Positions 47,551 to 54,649 of a DNA stretch of 55,424 nt are shown one piece after another. Position 1 is the stretch's first letter, and each line of letters starts with the position of its first letter. The translations under genes were made by a program, and so were the position numbers. Source of the stretch: Clostridia bacterium. Its GTDB lineage: Bacteria; Bacillota; Clostridia; TANB77; UBA1234. The stretch is taken from positions 1 through 55,424 of the forward strand of contig JAEEYG010000092.1 of the NCBI GenBank assembly GCA_016291695.1, read 5' to 3'. The notes under the pieces are model-generated. The model ran no database searches, had not been told where the DNA came from, and worked only from the letters and a program-made list of their open reading frames with translations.

Positions 47551-47895
47551 ATGGGAAAGTTCGCAATCAGTAATTTTTCCTACCTCGAGGATGTATTGGG
47601 ATTCAAACCATCCTCAAATCCCCGGAGATTTCAAGAATGTCTGCGGGTGATGGAAAGCTACACAAGGAGAGGCGACCAATGGTGGATCGAATTCCGAGGT
47701 AATCCAGTAGAACTTGCTGTAAGACAGCTTGCAGAGCCGGTGCTTCTGATTCCCATTTCAACATTCGAAAAGGGACTTAGAACTGTCCTGGAAAGACCAG
47801 TTGACCCCTGTGAGATTTCACATAAAAACAATGCTCTTTTCGTCGAGTTTTCAGAAAAATACAAGGCGTATAGGGCTGCAAATAGGCAAAAATAA
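47551..47895 (+). CDS. Hypothetical protein, high-GC cassette F
   Basis: The start is ATG 47551 behind aaggaggg; the track's 47506 start lies inside the promoter. It is 114 aa, Arg-rich, with elevated G+C, and I recognise no motif. Confidence 0.55.
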   Translation: MGKFAISNFSYLEDVLGFKPSSNPRRFQECLRVMESYTRRGDQWWIEFRGNPVELAVRQLAEPVLLIPISTFEKGLRTVLERPVDPCEISHKNNALFVEFSEKYKAYRAANRQK

Positions 47896-47904
47896 CTACA
47901 AAAT

Positions 47905-47940
47905 GAGGGATTTCTGTATGTATACAGGGATCCCTTTTTC
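47905..47940 (+). terminator. Terminator of cassette F
   Basis: The sequence is gggat-ttctgtat-g-tatacag-ggatccc followed by ttttt. Confidence 0.7.
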
Positions 47941-47941
47941 C

Positions 47942-47970
47942 TTGACTTTTAGGCAAATATTATGTAAAAT
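47942..47970 (+). promoter_or_regulatory. der promoter
   Basis: TTGACT (47942-47947), 17 nt, then TAAAAT (47965-47970). Confidence 0.55.
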
Positions 47971-47997
47971 TATAAGAAGTGAAAAGAGGTGATACAC

Positions 47998-49341
47998 ATG
48001 TCTAAACCAATTGTTGCAGTAGTTGGAAGACCTAATGTTGGTAAATCTACGTTTTTTAATTATATAATAGGCGAGCGTAAGTCAATCGTAAAGGATACTC
48101 CAGGTGTTACAAGAGACCGTATTTATGGTGATGCTACATGGAGAGGTAGAGAATTCACATTAATTGACACCGGCGGTATTGAGCCAAAGTCTAATGATGA
48201 CATACTTGTTCAAATGAGATATCAAGCTGAAATAGCTATAGAAACAGCTGATGTTATAGTGTTTTTAACAGATATTATGCAAGGAGTTACTTCTGATGAC
48301 ATGGATGTAGCCTCAATTTTGCGTAAGGCAAATAAGCCAGTTATACTAGTTTGTAATAAGTCAGATAAGGTTGGAGAAACTCCTTCTGAGCTTTATGAAT
48401 TCTATAATCTAGGCTTAGGAGATCCATTACCAGTATCATCACTTAATAAACTAGGCATGGGAGAAGTACTAGACGCAATTTATGATAAATTCCCAGAGAT
48501 TGATAATTCAGATGAAGATAGCGAATATATAAATGTTGCAGTTATCGGAAAACCAAATGTTGGTAAGTCATCATTAATTAATAGAATATTAGGTGAAAAG
48601 AGACTAATTGTATCTAATATTGCTGGAACAACAAGAGATGCTATTGATACAAAATTTGAGAATAAAGATGGAAAGTATGTTTTTATTGATACTGCTGGAA
48701 TTAGAAGGCACAGCAAAATTGAAGAAGATATCGAAAAATATAGCATAATTAGAGCTAAAGCTTCTATCGAAAAAGCAGATGTGTGTATTTTAGTTATAGA
48801 TGCTTGTGAAGGTGTTACAGATCAAGACGCCAAAATTGCTGGTGAAGCTCATGAAAGCGGAAAAGGCATTATTATATTAATCAACAAATGGGATGCAATA
48901 GAAAAAGAAACTGGTTCATTGGAAAACTACAAAAAGGAAGTTATTAATAAGCTCTCTTATCTAGATTATGCTCCAATGATATTTGTTTCTGCACTAACAG
49001 GCCAAAGAATCGATAAACTATTTCCATTAATTAATAAAGTATATGAAGCAAATAATAGAAGAGCATCAACATCTTTGATTAACGAAGTAATAAATGAGGC
49101 TATTACAATGGTACAACCGCCATCAGATAAGGGAAGAAGGCTAAAAATATACTACGCTACTCAAGTATCAACTAGACCACCTACATTTGTAGTGTTCTGC
49201 AACAGCCTAAAATTATTCCACTTTTCTTATCAAAGGTATATTGAAAATCAGCTAAGGAAGAGTTTTGACTTTGAAGGAACTCCTGTTCGCGTTATTCCTA
49301 GAGAAAAAGCAGCCAAAGACTTAGAAAAAGCCAAAAAATAG
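47998..49341 (+). CDS. der: Ribosome-biogenesis GTPase Der (EngA)
   Basis: It has tandem GTPase domains (GRPNVGKST and GKPNVGKSS, each with DTGG/DTAG and NK.D) plus a KH-like C-terminus. The start is ATG 47998. Confidence 0.95.
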   Translation: MSKPIVAVVGRPNVGKSTFFNYIIGERKSIVKDTPGVTRDRIYGDATWRGREFTLIDTGGIEPKSNDDILVQMRYQAEIAIETADVIVFLTDIMQGVTSDDMDVASILRKANKPVILVCNKSDKVGETPSELYEFYNLGLGDPLPVSSLNKLGMGEVLDAIYDKFPEIDNSDEDSEYINVAVIGKPNVGKSSLINRILGEKRLIVSNIAGTTRDAIDTKFENKDGKYVFIDTAGIRRHSKIEEDIEKYSIIRAKASIEKADVCILVIDACEGVTDQDAKIAGEAHESGKGIIILINKWDAIEKETGSLENYKKEVINKLSYLDYAPMIFVSALTGQRIDKLFPLINKVYEANNRRASTSLINEVINEAITMVQPPSDKGRRLKIYYATQVSTRPPTFVVFCNSLKLFHFSYQRYIENQLRKSFDFEGTPVRVIPREKAAKDLEKAKK

Positions 49342-49350
49342 AGGTTTAAA

Positions 49351-49506
49351 ATGAAAATAAAGGAATTTAAGCTTATTTATTTAATTGTTAGGGAAAATAA
49401 TAAGGTTATATATGAAGGAATGGCAGAAAGTGCCCCAGAAGACGTTATTTCTAGAGATATTTCAAAGATTAGACTAGAGAATGGCAAAGCAATTATTGAT
49501 TGTTGA
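49351..49506 (+). CDS. 51-aa ORF immediately downstream of der (not in the ORF track)
   Basis: ATG 49351 is 9 nt after the der stop, with an agagg RBS. The sequence is MKIKEFKLIYLIVRENNKVIYEGMAESAPEDVISRDISKIRLENGKAIIDC, in native composition. I cannot test conservation. Confidence 0.35.
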   Translation: MKIKEFKLIYLIVRENNKVIYEGMAESAPEDVISRDISKIRLENGKAIIDC

Positions 49507-49531
49507 CATAATTGCTCTTTTCTGGTAAAAT
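49503..49531 (+). promoter_or_regulatory. Consensus promoter of cassette G
   Basis: TTGACA (49503-49508, overlapping the TGA at 49504-49506), 17 nt, then TAAAAT (49526-49531). Confidence 0.55.
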
Positions 49532-49596
49532 AGACTGGCGAAAACCCCACAAATCACTCTATAAAAAATTTTATCAGAGAAAAAGGAGGAGCAGCA

Positions 49597-49725
49597 ATGC
49601 GTATCAGACCTTGTCCAGCCAAAAAGCGTCGAAACAAGACAAACAAAAAAACAAAGTTCATCATCAAGAAAAGACCCAAACCCGAAGATGAATATGAAAC
49701 CTCCCTTGAATACTACGAAGAATAA
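49597..49725 (+). CDS. 42-aa basic/acidic micro-protein, high-GC cassette G (not in the ORF track)
   Basis: The RBS is aaaggagg and the start is ATG 49597. The sequence is MRIRPCPAKKRRNKTNKKTKFIIKKRPKPEDEYETSLEYYEE, with the stop at 49723-49725. It is followed by its own GC-rich terminator. Confidence 0.4.
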   Translation: MRIRPCPAKKRRNKTNKKTKFIIKKRPKPEDEYETSLEYYEE

Positions 49726-49730
49726 TTATC

Positions 49731-49762
49731 AAGCCCTGCGGATTTTACCGCGGGGCTTTTCA
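49731..49762. terminator. Terminator of cassette G, possibly also serving the convergent recombinase gene
   Basis: The sequence is agccctgcgg-atttta-ccgcggggctttt. Confidence 0.75.
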
Positions 49763-49776
49763 GTTGTAAAAAATAA

Positions 49777-50802
49777 TTATTTCAGATTGGCAAGAGGATT
49801 GTTTTCCATTGCCTGCCTTATTTGGTAATTATCAACATGCGTATAGATTTCAGTTGTTCCAATATTTTCATGACCAAGGATTTCTTGAAGTGCTCTAACA
49901 TCTACACCATTTTGGTACATTAAAGTTGCCGCAGTATGTCTTAACTTATGGGTAGAATAGCCTTTTAATCCGGCCGCTTCTAAATATTCTGATATTGCAG
50001 TTTGAACCATTCTATTACTAATTCTCTTTTTACGATCACTCAAGAATAGCGCAGTACTATCTGTACCAGTAATATTAGGTCTTACATTCATATATTCATT
50101 AATAACGTTCATGCATGCTTTATTTAAGTATACCGTTCTTTCTTTGTTTCCTTTTCCAATAACTGTAAGAATTGCCTCATCAAATTTAATATGTTCCAAA
50201 TTAATCCCAACTAATTCTGAAAGACGCATTCCACAATTTAAGAATAGTGTAACCATAGCATGGTCTCTAATACCAAGGTACTTTTGATGCTCCGTCAGTT
50301 CTTTATCCGGATCTTTTAGCCTAGAAAGCTGATTTTTATTATCTTCTTTCGCTTTCTCTAAAAGCTTTTGACTTTCTGTAATAGAAAGGTACTTTGGTAA
50401 TCTTTTATTAATTTTTGGTGTTTCTATGTCTTTAGCAGGATTATTGTGGATAACATTAGCCTTAGTAGTTAAATACTTGAAAAATCCTTTAATTGCAGCT
50501 AACTTCCTAGCACGAGTTGCTGGACCAACTTCAAGATTTGTTGCCAAGAAAGACATATACTCATATATATCACTAGAATCAATTCTAGATATAAAATCGG
50601 AAGAAATATTGGAAATGTCTATTTTACTAAAGTCAATCGATTCAGGTTTAATTCCATTAGAAAGAGCTACCATAAACTTCAAAAACCTAGTTAAATCATA
50701 CTTATATTCTTTTATAGTATTTGGAGACTTATTTAGATTAGTATTATAGTTAATATAATCTCTAAGTAAGTAGGGAAGCCCTTCAGGATCTTTTTTAATC
50801 AT
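49777..50802 (-). CDS. XerC/XerD-family tyrosine recombinase
   Basis: It has a SAM-like N-domain (TIKEYKYDLTRFLKF, ARKLAAIKGFFKY) and catalytic motifs RDHAMVTLFLNCGMRLSELV, HKLRHTAAT and LGHENIGTTEIYTH. Confidence 0.88.
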   Translation of the reverse strand: MIKKDPEGLPYLLRDYINYNTNLNKSPNTIKEYKYDLTRFLKFMVALSNGIKPESIDFSKIDISNISSDFISRIDSSDIYEYMSFLATNLEVGPATRARKLAAIKGFFKYLTTKANVIHNNPAKDIETPKINKRLPKYLSITESQKLLEKAKEDNKNQLSRLKDPDKELTEHQKYLGIRDHAMVTLFLNCGMRLSELVGINLEHIKFDEAILTVIGKGNKERTVYLNKACMNVINEYMNVRPNITGTDSTALFLSDRKKRISNRMVQTAISEYLEAAGLKGYSTHKLRHTAATLMYQNGVDVRALQEILGHENIGTTEIYTHVDNYQIRQAMENNPLANLK

Positions 50803-51066
50803 TCTAAACTCCTTATCTGTTTCACATAATTCGTAGCGAAGCTATAAGATGTCAACTCACATTATCTCTCAGAGAAATTATATATTTAGTACAATACTCT
50901 AGTAAATAAATATTGCACAAAAGTTAGAGAGATGTAATATTACAGAAATATCAAAGGGGATAGTTCCTAGTAAAATAGATTACATTTCTGTAACTTTTAA
51001 AGCGTATATAAGTCCTTTATTGTATAATAATTAGGGAATTTATATTAATAAGGAAGTGATTTAAAA

Positions 51067-52443
51067 TTGATTAAATGTCCACATTGCGGTGGCGAAATGG
51101 AATTTGATGCTGAACATCAAATGGTTACATGTGAATACTGCGGTCGCACATTTAACCCAAATGAAACAATCGAGGAGGTTAAAGCTAGTAAAGAAGTGAA
51201 CGATTACTACAATGGTACAGCATTTCAATGTAGTCAATGCGGAGCTACGCTTATGACTTTCGATGATACTGCTATTACTTTTTGTAGTTATTGCGGATCA
51301 CAAGCTATGATTGAAACCAAGCTGAAAGACCAACTAAATCCAGATACAATTATTCCATTTAAAGTCACAAGAGAAGAATGTATTAAAAAGTACAACAATT
51401 TAGTTTCAGGCTTTTTCTTTGCTCCTAATTATTTAAAGGAACAAATGAATGTTGAAAAGTTTAGAGGCATATATATGCCTTATGTCGTTTATTCATTTAA
51501 AAACAAAGGCCAAATTACAAATAAAGGTGAAAAGTTTAATCATCATTCTGGGAACTATGATTATTACGATCAATACAATATCACAGCTGATATTGATTCT
51601 AGTTATGAAGGAATGTCATATGACTTATCATCTAAGTTTTATGATAAATTTAGCGATGCTATTCCTCATGACTATAACGGGGCTGTTCCATTTAACCATA
51701 ACTACTTAATTGGCTACTATGCCGATTCTAAAGATGTAAGTGAAGACTTATATATTGATGATGCTGTTAATGTAATTAAAGAAGATATTAAACAAAAGCT
51801 AAGACAAAATCCAACTTTCGCAAAGTATGGATGTCCTGAACCATCTTTTATGCCACAACTTCAAGAGAAAAAGACTGGACTATTTCCAATTTACTTTTTG
51901 GGAATAAGAGATAAAAATAATAATATGAATTACGCTGTAGTTAATGGCCAAACAGGTGCAATAGCAGCTGATTTACCAATTAGCTTTAAAAAATATCTTT
52001 TAACAGTTTTAGTATTTGCAATCTTAATCTACTTTTTAATTAATAATTTCATAATTTTAAATCCTATTGAAATTACTGTATTTTCTACAATATGTGCATT
52101 AATATCATTATTAATATCGAATAATCAGTTAACTAAATTAAGAGAAAAGCTATTTAATTTGAAAGATAAAGGTAAAAATAAAGGAAAAGCTGCTTCAGCT
52201 AAAAATTATAAAAAACTACCTGAGTTTAAAACTACAAAAGGATTTAGAATTAAACAGGTCTTAGGAGTAATTGCTGGCGATTTAATATTATTACTTCAGC
52301 CAACAGATGACATGTTCTATTATGGAGCATCTATATTAATTCTAGTTTTAATTGTCTTATCTTTTTATAGCTTGGTTAAAGAGCATAATATGTTATCATG
52401 TTCAAAACCACCTCAACTTGAAAAACGTGGAGGTGATCTATAA
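51067..52443 (+). CDS. Membrane protein with two N-terminal zinc ribbons
   Basis: The start is TTG. It has CPHCGG...CEYCG and CSQCGA...CSYCGS, with TM helices in the C-terminal third. The stop overlaps the next start (ATAATG). Confidence 0.6.
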   Translation: MIKCPHCGGEMEFDAEHQMVTCEYCGRTFNPNETIEEVKASKEVNDYYNGTAFQCSQCGATLMTFDDTAITFCSYCGSQAMIETKLKDQLNPDTIIPFKVTREECIKKYNNLVSGFFFAPNYLKEQMNVEKFRGIYMPYVVYSFKNKGQITNKGEKFNHHSGNYDYYDQYNITADIDSSYEGMSYDLSSKFYDKFSDAIPHDYNGAVPFNHNYLIGYYADSKDVSEDLYIDDAVNVIKEDIKQKLRQNPTFAKYGCPEPSFMPQLQEKKTGLFPIYFLGIRDKNNNMNYAVVNGQTGAIAADLPISFKKYLLTVLVFAILIYFLINNFIILNPIEITVFSTICALISLLISNNQLTKLREKLFNLKDKGKNKGKAASAKNYKKLPEFKTTKGFRIKQVLGVIAGDLILLLQPTDDMFYYGASILILVLIVLSFYSLVKEHNMLSCSKPPQLEKRGGDL

Positions 52444-53201
52444 TGCTTAAGAAATCAATTTTTGTTCTATTGATAATATTATTTAGTACAACAATTGCAT
52501 TTGCCTATGATTTAGTAATTGAAGATGATGCTTCGTTATTAACGCCAGATGAATTGCAAAGTTTAGAGCAAGATATGACACCTCTTAAAGAATATGGAAA
52601 TATTATATTTAAAAGTATTGATCGTAATAGCACGTCAACTTATGATTATGCAAAGAACTATTACTATAACAGATATGGAAATGAAAACGGAACAATACTA
52701 ATTATTGATATGCAAAATAGATATGTATATATCGTGTCAGCAGGCAGTAACTATGCAACTATTACAACTAAAAAAGCAGAAGTAATAACAGACAATATAT
52801 ATAGATATTTAACAAATCAGAATTATTACGAAGGGGTTAGCAAAGCATTTGGTCAGATTAACACTTTATTAAATGGTGGAAAAATATTTGAACCAATGAG
52901 ATATATTAGTAATGTTTTAATTTCTCTTATAGTTTCTGCATTTTTAGTATTTTTCTTTATAATGAGAAAGTCAGCATTTAAGAAGGTAACTAACAAAGAA
53001 TTAATTAGAGATTGCGTAATTGCATTTTCAGCAGCAAATGTAGTTGGTGCTGTTACAGGTACAAAAAAGGTATACAATCCGCCATCTAGTAGTTCGTCTG
53101 GAGGAGGGTCATTTGGAGGTGGCCGGAGGCCGGAGGCGGCGGTGGAGGCTTCTCTGGTGGTGGCGGAGGCCACGGATTTTAATGTAAAGTTTCGTGCCTA
53201 A
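52443..53201 (+). CDS. TPM-domain (YgcG-like) membrane protein with an out-of-frame Gly-rich tail
   Basis: It has a signal peptide, a TPM-like core (VIEDDASLLTPDEL...GTILIIDMQNRYVYIVSAG), a TM helix, and then SSSSGGGSFGGG. After about 53123 the annotated frame reads RRPEAAVEASLVV..., while another frame reads GGGGGGFSGGGGGHGF and stops at 53180-53182. Confidence 0.7.
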   Translation: MLKKSIFVLLIILFSTTIAFAYDLVIEDDASLLTPDELQSLEQDMTPLKEYGNIIFKSIDRNSTSTYDYAKNYYYNRYGNENGTILIIDMQNRYVYIVSAGSNYATITTKKAEVITDNIYRYLTNQNYYEGVSKAFGQINTLLNGGKIFEPMRYISNVLISLIVSAFLVFFFIMRKSAFKKVTNKELIRDCVIAFSAANVVGAVTGTKKVYNPPSSSSSGGGSFGGGRRPEAAVEASLVVAEATDFNVKFRA

Positions 53202-53213
53202 TATTGCGCAAAA
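53199..53213. repeat. Left copy of a perfect 15-bp inverted repeat (TAATATTGCGCAAAA)
   Basis: It is the exact reverse complement of 54650-54664. The core TTGCGCAA is itself palindromic. Confidence 0.85.
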
Positions 53214-53300
53214 CTTTATCATAAAAATAGAGGAGAGACACTGAGGGAAGAAAAGCGGCTACATTCTTAAATACTAATACAATTTGATACATGTTTTCAT

Positions 53301-53513
53301 ACAAGGACATTATATGTAAAATTTCATTCGTTCGAATGCTCCACGTTCGCAGAATGTCTAAAAAAGTAGTCGCACAAGCAATGGAAAATTTTTCAGGAAC
53401 CGGCGGAAAACGCACCTAAAAAATTTTCCTATTGCTTTGTAGCTTTAGAACTTTTTAAGACATTCTAACTCCGTTCCACGCGAACTCTAAAATTTTACAC
53501 ATAACGTCCTTGT
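53301..53513. mobile_element. 213-bp long imperfect palindrome (MITE-like or structured-RNA element)
   Basis: The left arm (53301-53393) and the reverse complement of the right arm (53418-53513) share acaaggacRttatRtgtaaaattt (22/24), agaatgtctNaaaaagt and gcaatNgaaaattttt. The centre is caggaaccggcggaaaacgcaccta. Confidence 0.6.
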
Positions 53514-53519
53514 ATTATT

Positions 53520-53561
53520 TTGTTATAATATTCTAAATATTTAGAATTTTAAATATAACAA
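53520..53561. repeat. AT-rich palindrome (operator- or hairpin-like)
   Basis: A perfect 18-bp palindrome, attctaaatatttagaat (53530-53547), is nested within ttgttata...tataacaa (53520-53527 / 53554-53561). Confidence 0.7.
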
Positions 53562-53623
53562 TTTTATTAAAAGCCATGAAAGCCAACTCCCACAAGCGTT
53601 TTTAGGCGCAAAGCGTGAGAATT

Positions 53624-53785
53624 GCCTAGAATCGATTTTTATGTTGTGAGGCATATAACTATATACCTCTAAATCGACTTAAATGCGTTTAATATAGTAT
53701 TTTTGTTTTAAATGATATTATATGAATAAGAATTAGAGAATAATTAGTTATATAATTATATTATTAGAAAGGAGATAAATTTATG
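53624..53785 (+). repeat. Copy 1 of a duplicated upstream module of about 162 bp (regulatory region + RBS + ATG)
   Basis: It aligns with 54198-54359 (offset 574) at high identity: gcctagaatcgatttttatg...aggYatataactatatRcctctaaatcRacttaaat...gttttaaatgRtattatatgaataagaattagagaatMattagttatataattata...aggaga...atg. Confidence 0.85.
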
Positions 53786-54100
53786 AAAATTCGTTTTACA
53801 AGAGATAGTGTATGTATGGCAGATGATGTAAATGACAATGACAGAGACTATGAATTCAATGAAAATGCAACTATAGAAGATATTATGCCTATAATTAAGT
53901 CTAGACATTTTCTCGCTTCTATAATTGGTAACGATGTCTTATGGATTTTATATAACATGTATGATGAAAAAATCCTATCATATTACACATTGAAAGATGA
54001 AATAATTTATCATACAACTAAAAAGACATTATCTGATGTTTGTGATGGCACATATCATTTACATTTTAGATATCTTGGTGATCCAAATTATACAGACTAA
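53783..54100 (+). CDS. Hypothetical 105-aa protein
   Basis: The RBS aaaggag belongs to repeat copy 1. I recognise no motif. Confidence 0.5.
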   Translation: MKIRFTRDSVCMADDVNDNDRDYEFNENATIEDIMPIIKSRHFLASIIGNDVLWILYNMYDEKILSYYTLKDEIIYHTTKKTLSDVCDGTYHLHFRYLGDPNYTD

Positions 54101-54197
54101 CAAATATAAGCTATTAAAAAATTTGTATAAGATTTATCATATTTTTTGTATCTAAATAATTCTTGAAAACCAGTTATAAATTTGACGCGCGAAAATC

Positions 54198-54359
54198 GCC
54201 TAGAATCGATTTTTATGATATAAGGTATATAACTATATGCCTCTAAATCAACTTAAATAAATTTTAAATAGTTTTTTTTGTTTTAAATGGTATTATATGA
54301 ATAAGAATTAGAGAATCATTAGTTATATAATTATAGTATAGGAAAGGAGAAATATTATG
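54198..54359 (+). repeat. Copy 2 of the duplicated upstream module
   Basis: See 53624-53785. Confidence 0.85.
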
Positions 54360-54566
54360 CCACAATATATTGTTTTACAAGTTACATTAAAGGAAAAACT
54401 AATTGGTACTGGATCTAGAAATCTTTCTGAACTTGAAAACATACTTAATGAACAAGCTGCAAAAGGATATAGATTACATACGATTACAACAGCATCAGCA
54501 CAAAGTGCAGGATTACTAGGCGGTGACAGAATTCAAGCAACATTAGTATTTGAGAAGATACACTAG
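54357..54566 (+). CDS. DUF4177-like small protein
   Basis: 69 aa. YIVLQV...LENILNEQAAKGYRLHTI...ATLVFEK resembles the DUF4177 pattern (Y.vv...LN..a.eGW.l..v...v.f.r). Confidence 0.55.
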   Translation: MPQYIVLQVTLKEKLIGTGSRNLSELENILNEQAAKGYRLHTITTASAQSAGLLGGDRIQATLVFEKIH

Positions 54567-54585
54567 AAGAGATATACCTAAATCA

Positions 54586-54621
54586 AAAAAAGCGCCTAAT
54601 TAGCTATTTTAGGCGCTTTTC
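54586..54621 (+). terminator. Rho-independent terminator
   Basis: The stem is agcgcctaa (54591-54599) / ttaggcgct (54609-54617), followed by tttt. Confidence 0.8.
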
Positions 54622-54649
54622 CTATATGCCGCATTTCACAAAACTTACA

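Noticed and set aside
49777-50802. The tyrosine recombinase considered as the integrase of a prophage or integrative element.
   Set aside because: There are no phage, conjugation or excisionase genes nearby, and the sequence has Xer-type motifs and a chromosomal context next to der. A link to the inverted-repeat-bounded segment at 53.2 kb remains only a speculation.
50940-50993. A 10-bp inverted repeat, ttacagaaat / atttctgtaa, in the gap between the recombinase gene and the zinc-ribbon gene. I considered it as a dif-like or recombinase target site.
   Set aside because: The arms are 34 nt apart, which is unlike the Xer core-site geometry of 6-8 nt spacers. The sequence is AT-rich and nothing else supports the idea.
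53325-53345. A gttcgaatgctcc string resembling a tRNA T-arm (GTTCGAAT).
   Set aside because: No acceptor stem, D-arm or anticodon arm can be drawn around it. It is part of the palindrome arm.
53179-53415. A 78-aa minus-strand ORF.
   Set aside because: It sits inside the long palindromic element, has no RBS, and its start lies in the palindrome centre. It is more parsimoniously non-coding.
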